NCBI GenBank assembly: GCA_022841985.1
Contig: JALHQL010000003.1
Coordinates: 6,878-70,877 of the forward strand
Origin: Minisyncoccota bacterium
GTDB taxonomy: Bacteria > Patescibacteriota > Minisyncoccia > Phycocordibacterales > Phycocordibacteraceae
Direction of reading: 5' to 3'
Length of the DNA stretch: 64,000 nucleotides
In this document: piece after piece, positions 26,368-35,278 of the stretch
Position numbering within the stretch: the first letter of the stretch is position 1
Layout: each line of letters begins with the position of its first letter
Notes under the pieces: generated by a model
Seen by the model: the letters and a program-made list of their open reading frames with translations, nothing else
Told to the model about the DNA's origin: nothing
Databases searched by the model: none
Program-made: the position numbers and the translations under genes

Positions 26368-29202
26368 ATGGGGTATGACCACAGCGAAATAGAGAAAAAA
26401 GCCCAAGAGAAATGGGCGACCTTGAATCTGTATGAGACAGATCTCAAAGATGACTCAAAAGAGTCGTACTATCTTCTTTTTGAGTTCCCTTATCCCTCAG
26501 GCGATCTACATATCGGGCATTGGTATGCCTACGCGATAACCGATGTCTACGCGCGTCTATTGCGTATGCGCGGGAAAAACGTTCTATTTCCGATAGGGTT
26601 TGATGCATTCGGTTTGCCAGCGGAAAATGCCGCGATGCGGAATGGCGCCGATCCAGCCATATGGACAAGAGCGAATATCGAGCGGATGAAGACACAGATC
26701 CGCTCGATGGGCACCTCGGTCGATTGGTCGAAAGAAATCATTACCTGCGATCCAAGTTACTACCAGTGGACGCAATGGCTTTTTGGGAAGCTTTTCGAAC
26801 ATAAACTCGCGGAGCATCGCGAGGCAGCGGTCAAATGGTGTCCGAAAGACCAAACAGTACTCGCCAACGAGCAGGTCGTTGACGGTTGCTGCGAACGATG
26901 TGGCACGGCGGTCGAGGAGAAACGGCTTACGCAGTGGTTTCTTAAGATTACTGACTACGCGGAGCGGCTTCTCACAGGCCTCGATGCGCTTTCGTGGCGC
27001 GAGGAAATAAAAGAGGCGCAGCGGGCCTGGATTGGGAAGAGCGAGGGCGCCTACCTCACGTTTCCAATTGTCAGTCGCGACGAGAAGATAAAAGTATTTA
27101 CCACACGACCGGACACTCTCTTCGGCGCGACCTACGTCGTACTTGCACCCGAACATCCTCTTATTGAAGGGTTTCGTAAATCCCTCATGAATGCGGACGA
27201 GGTATTTGAATATATCAAAGCGACGACGAAAAAGACCGAACGGGAACGCAGTGAAAATAAAGAGAAAACAGGTGTGAAGCTCGAAGGTATTTCAGCTATC
27301 AATCTCGCAACTAAAGAAGAGATTCCGGTGTATATTGCCGACTACGTCCTCGCGTCCTATGGTACTGGCGCCGTCATGGCCGTTCCTGCGCACGATGAAC
27401 GCGACTTCGAATTCGCAAGAGAAATGAAGCTTCCTATCAAGGAAGTAATACTGCCTGAACGCATCGACAAGAGAAATCCACCACTACCAGGCAAGGAGAG
27501 TATTGCGCGTAGAAATGTACATGCATTTGTTCGCGATCCAAAGACCGGGAAGATCTTATGCTTGCGCTGGAAAAAACATCCATGGATTACCTTTCCTATG
27601 GGCGGAATTGAGGAAGGGGAAGATGTCATCGGGGCTGCAAAACGAGAAATCAAGGAAGAAACCGGCTATACGCATCTTAAAAATCCGAGAGTGCTTGGTG
27701 GAGAAGTGCGTGCAGAATATTTTGCTGCTCATAAGGACCAGAATAGGATCTCATTTACAACACTTGTCGCATTTGATCTGAAAGACGACAAGCAAGTGGC
27801 TATTGCATCCGAGGAATCAGATGCTCATGAAGTGTTTTGGGCTGATCCTAGTGAAGTAACCGCTGCGCACATGACACACGCTGAGATGGATGTATGGCTC
27901 ACTCGACTTGCACATGAAAAAGAAGGTTCTGCGTTTACGGAATCAGGGGTATTGGCCAACTCAGGTGAGTTTAATGGCAGACGAAGTGAGGAGGTGAAAT
28001 GGGAAATTGTGCAATTCGTCGGTGGAGAAAGAACGACCCAGTACCGCCTGCGTGATTGGCTCATTTCTCGACAGCGCTATTGGGGTTGTCCGATACCAAT
28101 TGTTTACGACCCTGAAGGGAAGCCGCACGTTGTCCCCCCTGAGCATCTGCCATGGCTCTTGCCGACTGATGTGGACTTCAAGCCCACAGGTAAAGCGCCG
28201 CTCGCTTCTTCAAAAGAATTACAGGAGCGCGTTACACGTATTTTTGGCGAAGGATGGACACCGGAATATGACACGCTCGATACGTTTATGGACTCTTCAT
28301 GGTATTTTCTCCGCTATCTTGATCCGAAAGACGCTCATGATTTCTCTGATAGTGTGCTTATGAAGAAGTGGCTGCCAATCAACCGATACTCCGGGGGAAG
28401 TGAGCATACTACGATGCACCTCCTCTATGCGCGTTTCTTCATGAAAGCGCTCTACGATCTCGCACTTGTGCCGGTTGAGGAACCATTTATCGAGCGCTTC
28501 AATCGCGGACTCATCATGGGTCCCGATGGACAGAAAATGAGCAAGTCAAAAGGGAATGTCATTAATCCAGATGATTTCGTGAAAGAATATGGTGCGGATG
28601 CAGTGCGTATGTACCTCGCCTTTATTGGTCCTTACAACGAGCCCGGAAGTTATCCTTGGAATCTAGACGGCGTTGCGGCTATACGAAAATTTCTTGAACG
28701 AATTATACGTCTTGTCGAGCGAGTACAGGACATGAGCGAAATTCGTTCGACGCTGGCACTGGCACTTGCCCGGGCGAGCCACAAAGTTTCGGAAGACGGT
28801 GACAAGTTTAAGTTCAATACCAGTGTCGCAGCTCTTATGATACTTATGAATGAATTTGAGACTGCCACGATTGTTCCGAAATCTGCTTTTGCCTCTCTTG
28901 TGATCATGCTTGCGCCTTTTGCTCCGCATCTTGCTGAGCATCTTTGGGAGCGAATTGGAGGAAAGGGGAGTGTGCATCAAGCCGCATGGCCTGTCTTTCC
29001 TCAAGTAATCACTAATGAATACGAAGTCGTAGTGCAGGTAAACGGCAAACGACGTGGTTCGATACTGCTGGCTATCGACGCGACTGAATCAGATGCTGTT
29101 ATTGCCGCTCGCGCAGTGCCGACTGTAGAGGTATCTCTTGGTGGAAAGGAGCCTCGACGCGTTGTCTATGTAGCGGGTAAAATCGTCAATCTTGTGGTGT
29201 AA
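26368..29202 (+). CDS. leuS: Leucine--tRNA ligase carrying an inserted NUDIX hydrolase domain
   Basis: Start at ATG 26368. The track uses GTG 26335. Motifs are HIGH (PSGDLHIGHWYAY), CP1 editing domain (TTRPDTLFGATYVVLAPEHPL ... GTGAVMAVPAHDERDFEFA), KMSKS (GQKMSKSKGNV) and the C-terminal tRNA-binding region. A perfect Nudix box GGIEEGEDVIGAAKREIKEETGY lies inside a ~140-aa insert between the editing domain and VLANSGEFNG. Confidence 0.9.
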   Translation: MGYDHSEIEKKAQEKWATLNLYETDLKDDSKESYYLLFEFPYPSGDLHIGHWYAYAITDVYARLLRMRGKNVLFPIGFDAFGLPAENAAMRNGADPAIWTRANIERMKTQIRSMGTSVDWSKEIITCDPSYYQWTQWLFGKLFEHKLAEHREAAVKWCPKDQTVLANEQVVDGCCERCGTAVEEKRLTQWFLKITDYAERLLTGLDALSWREEIKEAQRAWIGKSEGAYLTFPIVSRDEKIKVFTTRPDTLFGATYVVLAPEHPLIEGFRKSLMNADEVFEYIKATTKKTERERSENKEKTGVKLEGISAINLATKEEIPVYIADYVLASYGTGAVMAVPAHDERDFEFAREMKLPIKEVILPERIDKRNPPLPGKESIARRNVHAFVRDPKTGKILCLRWKKHPWITFPMGGIEEGEDVIGAAKREIKEETGYTHLKNPRVLGGEVRAEYFAAHKDQNRISFTTLVAFDLKDDKQVAIASEESDAHEVFWADPSEVTAAHMTHAEMDVWLTRLAHEKEGSAFTESGVLANSGEFNGRRSEEVKWEIVQFVGGERTTQYRLRDWLISRQRYWGCPIPIVYDPEGKPHVVPPEHLPWLLPTDVDFKPTGKAPLASSKELQERVTRIFGEGWTPEYDTLDTFMDSSWYFLRYLDPKDAHDFSDSVLMKKWLPINRYSGGSEHTTMHLLYARFFMKALYDLALVPVEEPFIERFNRGLIMGPDGQKMSKSKGNVINPDDFVKEYGADAVRMYLAFIGPYNEPGSYPWNLDGVAAIRKFLERIIRLVERVQDMSEIRSTLALALARASHKVSEDGDKFKFNTSVAALMILMNEFETATIVPKSAFASLVIMLAPFAPHLAEHLWERIGGKGSVHQAAWPVFPQVITNEYEVVVQVNGKRRGSILLAIDATESDAVIAARAVPTVEVSLGGKEPRRVVYVAGKIVNLVV

Positions 29203-29251
29203 ATATACTGCTATTGACTCTTTGAGAGGTAATTGCTATAAATTATACCAC

Positions 29252-30331
29252 ATGGTCAAGTCTATCCAGACAAAAAAGGAGCGGAAGGAGGGCATAATCG
29301 TACCCTCTAACTTTTCCTTTGATAGTGCCGCGCTTGTAAAAAGTCTTTTGGCTTCTGCACCGGAGCGAGCGCGCGAAGTTCTTATTCGGCGTTTCGGTCT
29401 TGGCAGTAATCCCACTCGCGAAACGCTCGAGGCGATAGGCGATCGTTCGAGTATCACCCGTGAACGTGTCCGACAGATCGAGGCGGCTGGACTTGATGCG
29501 ATACGGGCAAGTAAGGCTTTCGCCGAGGCGAAAAAATCATTTGAGGAGATTGTTCAATATGTAGGTACTCTTGGCAGAGTCGTGCCTGAAGAAGAGTTGT
29601 TTGTTTTGCTTGGCAAAGATGAGAAGACTCGCAATCGGTTTCGTTTTCTTCTCATGATTGATTCGGCATTTTTCCGCGAGCGCGAGACGAACGATTTTCT
29701 TGCGCGTTGGCATATCGATCACACGACCGCGAAACATATTCACGATGCGCTTTCAAAACTTTATGCATCGCTTTCTGATACAGATGTTGTTTCCGAAGGA
29801 AAGATGCTCGATCTTTTCCTCGAGGAACTCAAGGGCGTGAATGACGCATACAAGAATGAAGAGGTGCTAAAGCGTTGGCTCTCTCTGTCAAAGCACATCA
29901 GTAGCAATCCGCTCGCCGAGTGGGGTCGTGTGACGGCTCCCGCAATTCGTATCAAAGGTATTCGTGATTATGCCTATCTTGCGGTAAAACGTCAGGGTTC
30001 TCCAATGCATTTCTCCGAGGTTGCTTCAACCATCGGCTCGATTTTCTCAAAGAAAGCACACATCGCAACGACGCATAATGAGCTTATTAAAGATCCACGC
30101 TTCGTGCTTGTAGGTCGCGGACTCTATGCGCTCACCGAGTGGGGTTATACGCCGGGTGTTGTGCGCGACGTCATTCGTGAGGCACTCAAGGAAGAGGGTC
30201 CGATGAAGAAGGATGAGATCGTCAAGCACGTAAAGAAAGCACGTTTCGTGAAGGACAATACCATTCTTGTGAATTTGAACGATCCGCGCTATTTCAAGCG
30301 CCTTAAAGACGGACGATATTCAGCTGTTTAA
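29252..30331 (+). CDS. DNA-binding protein with an N-terminal sigma-70 region-4-like HTH and a C-terminal HARE-HTH/RpoE(delta)-like winged helix
   Basis: The N-terminus ETLEAIGDRSSITRERVRQIEAAGLDAIR is a region-4 HTH. The C-terminus SPMHFSEVASTIGS...KDPRFVLVGRGLYALTEWGY resembles the HARE-HTH of RNA polymerase delta subunit. Confidence 0.45.
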   Translation: MVKSIQTKKERKEGIIVPSNFSFDSAALVKSLLASAPERAREVLIRRFGLGSNPTRETLEAIGDRSSITRERVRQIEAAGLDAIRASKAFAEAKKSFEEIVQYVGTLGRVVPEEELFVLLGKDEKTRNRFRFLLMIDSAFFRERETNDFLARWHIDHTTAKHIHDALSKLYASLSDTDVVSEGKMLDLFLEELKGVNDAYKNEEVLKRWLSLSKHISSNPLAEWGRVTAPAIRIKGIRDYAYLAVKRQGSPMHFSEVASTIGSIFSKKAHIATTHNELIKDPRFVLVGRGLYALTEWGYTPGVVRDVIREALKEEGPMKKDEIVKHVKKARFVKDNTILVNLNDPRYFKRLKDGRYSAV

Positions 30332-30358
30332 AAAACGACGCCACCAGCGTCGTTTTTT
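30331..30358 (+). terminator. Rho-independent terminator
   Basis: aaaaacgacgc cacca gcgtcgtttttt, directly after the stop of the HTH protein gene. Confidence 0.6.
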
Positions 30359-30553
30359 ACTACCAAGCGAGCTGAGTAACAAATGAATGTCTTCATTCAT
30401 TTGTTCGAGGCGAACGCCGGGAGAAAAGCTTCTTTACTACCAAGCGAGCTGAGTAACAAATGAATGTCTTCATTCATTTGTTCGAGGCGAACGCCGGGAG
30501 AAAAGCCTCTTTACTACCAAGCGAGCTGAGTAACAAATGAATGTCTTCATTCA
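30358..30553. repeat. Tandem direct repeat, 77-bp unit x ~2.5, each unit with a perfect 12-bp-arm palindrome
   Basis: The unit tactaccaagcgagctgagtaacaaatgaatgtcttcattcatttgttcgaggcgaacgccgggagaaaagc(t/c)tcttt recurs at 30358, 30435 and 30512. The third copy is truncated after ...gaatgtcttcattca. Each unit contains aacaaatgaatg-tctt-cattcatttgtt. Confidence 0.8.
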
Positions 30554-30617
30554 GAATACTCCGTTTGTTGTGCAGCGTGGATGGCGGGACGGGTTGTTTT
30601 ATTGGTATACTTAGCTT

Positions 30618-31964
30618 ATGTTATCGTTCTTTCAGGATATTTTTACAGAAAAATTCGGTATTCGCTTCACTGCGTGGCCGCTTTTTATATTTGGCGCGAT
30701 ACTTCTCGCAAATGCCTTCCTATGGATGCCCGATACCGTTTCTCTCGCTATCTCCCTCGCCCTCTCCCTTGCGCCAGTATGGTTGCCGTTTCTACTTGTC
30801 GGTGGAGCAGTGAAGCTTTGGTACATCTGGCAACGAGGGGAGTTCATTGCTTCCCAGGGATATGTACTTCTTGAAATAAAACCGCCGCGCAATCTCGTAA
30901 AAACACCGCTTGCCATGGAGCCATTCCTTTCGAGTTTGCATCTTACGGGAGGCGAATCGGATTGGTATAAGCTTCTTATCGGCGGCACGCGACCTAATTG
31001 GTCGCTTGAAATAGCCTCTCTTGAGGGGCAGGTACATTTTTTCGTATGGACGCGCATAAAACTTCGCGAGATCGTCGAAGCGCAGTTATATGCGCAATAT
31101 CCGGGAGTACAGGTAACCGAAGCTCCTGATTACAGCCGGCTCATTTCTGCGACGCCAGAAGAGTGGAATATTTGGGGTTGTGATTATAAAAAAGAGAGAA
31201 AAGATCCTTTGCCAATTAGGACGTATGTTCAATACGGGCTCGACAAAGTCCAGAAGGAGCCGGAACAGATTGATCCTCTTGCGAATATTATTGAGTTCAT
31301 GAGTTCCATTGGGAAGGGCGAGTACCTTTGGCTCCAGTTTGTCATACGCGCTCACAAAGGCGAGAAATACAACAAACTCAACAAAGATGGTGATGCATAT
31401 ACTTGGAAAGATGAGGCCAAGAAACTTATCGAAGAAGTTCGCGAAGAAACGCACGAAAAAGTTACTGATCCAGAGACTGGTAAAGAGGTGCTCGGATTTC
31501 CTAATCCCACCAAGGGCCAATTGGATAAAATATCCGCCATAGAAGAAAACATCGCGAAACTCGCTTTTGATGTCGGCGTGCGTTGTATATACCTTACTCG
31601 ACCGAAAAACTTCAGTCTTGCGAGGGTAATGCACATGATTACTCTCTTTAAACCATTTAACAGCGAGGTATGGAACAGTATCAATTCAACTGGCTGGTTG
31701 AAAAATTTTGCGAATTTTCCATGGGAATATCATGCGGATAAAACTAAGGATCGTTTTCGTCGGAGACTTGTCGAAGTCTATCGTCGCCGACAATTCTTCT
31801 ACGATCCCTTTTTTAAGGGAAGTTTGTCCCCGCATAAAATAATGGTAATGAGTACTGAGGAGCTTGCGACCGTCTTCCATATTCCATCGAGTTCTATTGA
31901 AGCACCGGGACTCACGCGCATACGTTCGGCGACCGGCAAAGCCCCTGTTAATCTTCCGATGTAA
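30618..31964 (+). CDS. Hypothetical membrane protein (two N-terminal TM helices plus a ~380-aa soluble domain)
   Basis: 448 aa. N-terminal FGIRFTAWPLFIFGAILLANAFLW...LAISLALSLAPVWLPFLLVGGAV. The remainder is charged and helical. No recognised domain. Confidence 0.45.
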   Translation: MLSFFQDIFTEKFGIRFTAWPLFIFGAILLANAFLWMPDTVSLAISLALSLAPVWLPFLLVGGAVKLWYIWQRGEFIASQGYVLLEIKPPRNLVKTPLAMEPFLSSLHLTGGESDWYKLLIGGTRPNWSLEIASLEGQVHFFVWTRIKLREIVEAQLYAQYPGVQVTEAPDYSRLISATPEEWNIWGCDYKKERKDPLPIRTYVQYGLDKVQKEPEQIDPLANIIEFMSSIGKGEYLWLQFVIRAHKGEKYNKLNKDGDAYTWKDEAKKLIEEVREETHEKVTDPETGKEVLGFPNPTKGQLDKISAIEENIAKLAFDVGVRCIYLTRPKNFSLARVMHMITLFKPFNSEVWNSINSTGWLKNFANFPWEYHADKTKDRFRRRLVEVYRRRQFFYDPFFKGSLSPHKIMVMSTEELATVFHIPSSSIEAPGLTRIRSATGKAPVNLPM

Positions 31965-31969
31965 CTCAC

Positions 31970-32926
31970 ATGGATTTTTTGAAACGACAAAACCCATGGA
32001 TGGTAGCGTTTGTGGCTGCAGTATTTCTCGTTGTCGTCTATCAAGTATCGTTTGCGGCGCCCGCAAGTTTTCCTTCGGGAAGCATTACGACTATTGTTCG
32101 TGGGGCCTCTGCTCCGTTTGTTGCTAGCCAGCTTGCTGAGGAGCATATCATCGCACATCCTTCACTTCTGCTTTTCGTTTTACGGGTCTCAGGTGCAAGT
32201 TCTCACATACAAGCAGGGACTTATTATTTTGAGAAACCGCAAAATGTATTCGTTGTTGCCTATCGGATTGTAAAGGGCGCTCACGACCTTCCTCCGGTGC
32301 GCATCACTTTCCCCGAAGGAGTGACGGTGCGCGAGGTAGCAATTAAAATCGAAGACGCATTTCCCGGCATAAATAAGAAGGACTTTATTGCAGAGGCGCA
32401 GAAATACGAAGGATATCTTTTCCCTGATACGTATCTTCTCCCACCTTCCTCAGATGCTGCGTCAATAGTGTCTTTGATGCGCGCAAATTTTGATACCAAG
32501 ATAGCGACATTGACCAATGAAATTGCCGCTTCGGGCCGTTCACTTTCCGATATTGTCATCATGGCGTCGCTCCTTGAGAAAGAAGCGCGCACGACTGAAA
32601 GTAGGCGCATGGTCGCCGGCATTCTCTTTAATCGTCTGAAGATTGATATGCCGTTACAAGTTGACGCAGTCTTCGGCTACATTTTCAACCGCGATACCTA
32701 CTCACCTTCATATGCGGACTTAAAAGTTAATTCGCTTTATAACACGTATATCCATAGAGGTCTCCCGCCGGGACCGATAGCCAATCCTGGTCTTGATTCT
32801 CTTCAAGCGGTGCTGCGTCCAGCAAAAACGAACTATTTGTACTACCTTACGGGAAAAGATAATCTGATGCACTATGCTACGACCTACGCCGATCACCAAG
32901 CTAACCAAAAAAGGTATTTAGATTAG
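31970..32926 (+). CDS. mltG: Endolytic murein transglycosylase MltG (YceG-like)
   Basis: 318 aa with an N-terminal TM anchor. YceG core motifs are LLEKEAR, LQVDAV, LYNTYIHRGLPPGPIANPGLDSLQAVLRP and NYLYYLTGKD. Confidence 0.8.
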   Translation: MDFLKRQNPWMVAFVAAVFLVVVYQVSFAAPASFPSGSITTIVRGASAPFVASQLAEEHIIAHPSLLLFVLRVSGASSHIQAGTYYFEKPQNVFVVAYRIVKGAHDLPPVRITFPEGVTVREVAIKIEDAFPGINKKDFIAEAQKYEGYLFPDTYLLPPSSDAASIVSLMRANFDTKIATLTNEIAASGRSLSDIVIMASLLEKEARTTESRRMVAGILFNRLKIDMPLQVDAVFGYIFNRDTYSPSYADLKVNSLYNTYIHRGLPPGPIANPGLDSLQAVLRPAKTNYLYYLTGKDNLMHYATTYADHQANQKRYLD

Positions 32927-32936
32927 AATACTACAC

Positions 32937-33971
32937 ATGGATGTACGAGGGGAAAATATATACGTAGGCCTTTCGGGAGGCGTTGATTCTGCTGTTTCAG
33001 CAGCGCTTTTGGTGCGCGCTGGGGCAAAAGTAACGGGTGTATTTATCAAGGGATGGTATCCGCCAGGACTGCCCTGTACTTGGGCGAGTGAGCGCAGGGA
33101 TGCGATGCGGGTCGCAGCACGGCTCAAGATACCGTTCCGTACGCTCGACGCAAGCACTGAGTATAAAAAGAGTGTCATTGACTATCTGCTCGCCGAATAT
33201 CGTGCTGGGCGCACGCCGAATCCGGACATCATGTGCAACAAGGAAGTAAAGTTCGGTGCATTTTATCAGTATGCGAAATCTCTCGGAGCGGACACTATCG
33301 CGACGGGGCACTATAGGAGCGGCGAGAAAGACCAGAGCTATTTCCTCTCTGCTGTGCCAAAAGAAATTTTAGCCGCTACAGTATTTCCGGTAGGGAATAT
33401 GGAGAAGAGCGAGGTGCGTGCACTTGCGAAACGATTTAATTTGCCGGTGGCTCGGAAGAAAGATAGCCAGGGAGTCTGTTTTCTCGGGAGCGTATCGATT
33501 GAAGAATTCTTGAAAAGTGAATTTGGCGTTCAGCCCGGATATGCCAAAAATGAAAAGGGCAATATCGTTGGTCAACATGATGGAGTTCTTCTCTTCACGC
33601 TTGGACAACGTATTGCTCTGCGAGAGACGAACGAAGCCGGTCCATGGTTTGTTCTTAGGAAAGATGTCGAGAGAAATGAGCTCACGGTAGGGAAAACACG
33701 GTCTGGAAGCATCGAGAATGTGTCCGGGGAAATTTCGTTCAGTAATGCCAATTGGTTCACTGAACCGATTGGTGCCGTAGAGGCGCAATATCGTTATCGA
33801 GGTCCCCGTGTGCAAGGATATATTAAAGAAAATTCTTTTGTTAGCAGCGAGCTGCTTCCTGAAATCCCTACTCCCGGACAATCCATTGTTTTCTACCAAA
33901 AAAACGAATTAGTCGGAGGAGGAATTATTAATGTATTCCCTGGAAAAACTGACTTTCACAGAAATTCATAG
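32937..33971 (+). CDS. mnmA: tRNA-specific 2-thiouridylase MnmA
   Basis: 344 aa. PP-loop IYVGLSGGVDSAVSAALL, catalytic Cys context, ATGHY motif and a C-terminal beta-barrel. Confidence 0.85.
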   Translation: MDVRGENIYVGLSGGVDSAVSAALLVRAGAKVTGVFIKGWYPPGLPCTWASERRDAMRVAARLKIPFRTLDASTEYKKSVIDYLLAEYRAGRTPNPDIMCNKEVKFGAFYQYAKSLGADTIATGHYRSGEKDQSYFLSAVPKEILAATVFPVGNMEKSEVRALAKRFNLPVARKKDSQGVCFLGSVSIEEFLKSEFGVQPGYAKNEKGNIVGQHDGVLLFTLGQRIALRETNEAGPWFVLRKDVERNELTVGKTRSGSIENVSGEISFSNANWFTEPIGAVEAQYRYRGPRVQGYIKENSFVSSELLPEIPTPGQSIVFYQKNELVGGGIINVFPGKTDFHRNS

Positions 33972-34048
33972 TTCAAATGGCATTGTAAACAAAACTTATC
34001 AACACGCCGCGTCTACTTTCCCAAGAAAGCATCGTATACTTCGAGCAT

Positions 34049-34609
34049 ATGACCAACCGCATCCTTCCACAAATCGCCCTCGTTACAGGAACTCTTCTAT
34101 TCTCTCTCGGGATTCAGACGTATGCCCAAACATGGAGTGCCCCAACAGCCTCTCCACCAAATAGCAATGCGTACGCCCCACTCAATACTAGTCCCGCAGC
34201 ACAAATAAAAACTGGTGGTCTTCTTCTCAACACAGGTGGCGCAATCAACGGTCTCATCGTGCAAAACGGCAATGTCGGCATTGGAACGACAAGTCCCACT
34301 GCAAAACTCGATGTTCAAGGATACGTGAAGGGAACGGGTCTGTGCATAGGCAATGATTGCAGAACTTCATGGGCAGCACCGAGATACACGACTCGTAATT
34401 CGGCAACTGTTCAAAACCGTAGTGTATCCGTTGCGTGCCAGATTAATGAGGCTATGACGGGAGGGGGATGCAATTGTCAGGATACTGCCAGTGGTGGGGA
34501 TTCTTCGGCATATGGAGGATATCCGTCTGGTAACGGATGGACTTGCCCGAATACTACTGCTAGTGGATGCGGAAGAAATACAGCATACGTACGTTGCGTT
34601 AGCTACTAA
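34049..34609 (+). CDS. Secreted hypothetical protein, paralog of 14490..15188 with a Cys-rich C-terminal domain
   Basis: 186 aa. Signal peptide MTNRILPQIALVTGTLLFSLGIQTYAQ. Shared N-terminal module through GNVGIGTTSPTAKLDV. The C-terminal CNCQDTASGGDSSAYGGYPSGNGWTCPNTTASGCGRNTAYVRC matches the remnant at 15246..15431. Confidence 0.5.
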   Translation: MTNRILPQIALVTGTLLFSLGIQTYAQTWSAPTASPPNSNAYAPLNTSPAAQIKTGGLLLNTGGAINGLIVQNGNVGIGTTSPTAKLDVQGYVKGTGLCIGNDCRTSWAAPRYTTRNSATVQNRSVSVACQINEAMTGGGCNCQDTASGGDSSAYGGYPSGNGWTCPNTTASGCGRNTAYVRCVSY

Positions 34610-34847
34610 TTGTACTAAGTCAACGTGTTGTGGTAAGCGCTTGGTATCAAGGTCCAGCATCTCACCGAGTATAGCCTTCTCGTATCGATTCATACGGTGT
34701 GCCCCTTTACGGACGAGATTCTCAATTGCCTGAACACTAGAATCATACCGCGCCTCTTGCGCTTTCAATGAGCTTCGCTGACCACAGAAAGTATCAACAA
34801 CCCGATACTAACGTACACGGGTCAGCGAGAAATGGTATTATTGTCCC

Positions 34848-35258
34848 ATGAACCATACTCGTCTTCTTGTTGCTGCAACTATCATTGCACTGGTGGTCTT
34901 TGTTAGTTTCGTGCTTTCAGTCCCACGCACGAATGATACTGAGGAAACAGTGACGACGCAGAGTGTTCCGATGACACCTCTTGTCACGATACGCGACTCG
35001 TTTAAAAAAGGCTTGCACACGATTACCGGCTCGATTGAAGCCCCAAACGCTTGTACTAGCGTGAGCGCAGAAGCAAGTGTTACGGGTGATGCGACAAGTA
35101 CACAGAGTATACTCGTTGCGATTGCCATGTCCGCCGATGAGGGTATTTGTCTCCAGCTCCCGACTTCCGCTACTTTCGAGACATCGGTCGAAGCTCCGGC
35201 AGGTCTGCCGCTCATTGTAACGGTGAATGGAACAACGGCGACTACAAGTGCTCCGTAA
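34848..35258 (+). CDS. Hypothetical membrane-anchored/secreted protein
   Basis: 136 aa with an N-terminal TM/signal anchor and a T/S-rich extracytoplasmic domain. No recognised domain. Confidence 0.35.
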   Translation: MNHTRLLVAATIIALVVFVSFVLSVPRTNDTEETVTTQSVPMTPLVTIRDSFKKGLHTITGSIEAPNACTSVSAEASVTGDATSTQSILVAIAMSADEGICLQLPTSATFETSVEAPAGLPLIVTVNGTTATTSAP

Positions 35259-35278
35259 CTTTTTAATTACAAAACTCC

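Noticed and set aside
30358-30553. CRISPR array hypothesis for the 77-bp repeats.
   Set aside because: The units are contiguous with no unique spacers between them. There are no cas genes in the window, and the repeat length and structure (long internal palindrome) do not fit CRISPR repeats.
30541-30874. Short overlapping + strand ORFs (30541..30813, 30581..30874) starting inside the tandem repeat.
   Set aside because: They begin in the repeat's palindrome (ATGAATGTCTTCATTCA...) and run out of frame across the start of the 448-aa membrane protein gene. There is no domain content. They are likely artefacts of the repeat's fortuitous ATG.
34367-34768. 133-aa minus-strand ORF overlapping the 3' end of the 34049 paralog.
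   Set aside because: It overlaps a well-supported secreted-protein gene on the opposite strand. Only its first ~50 codons (34615..34768) are non-overlapping, with no recognisable motif. I could not support it as a gene.
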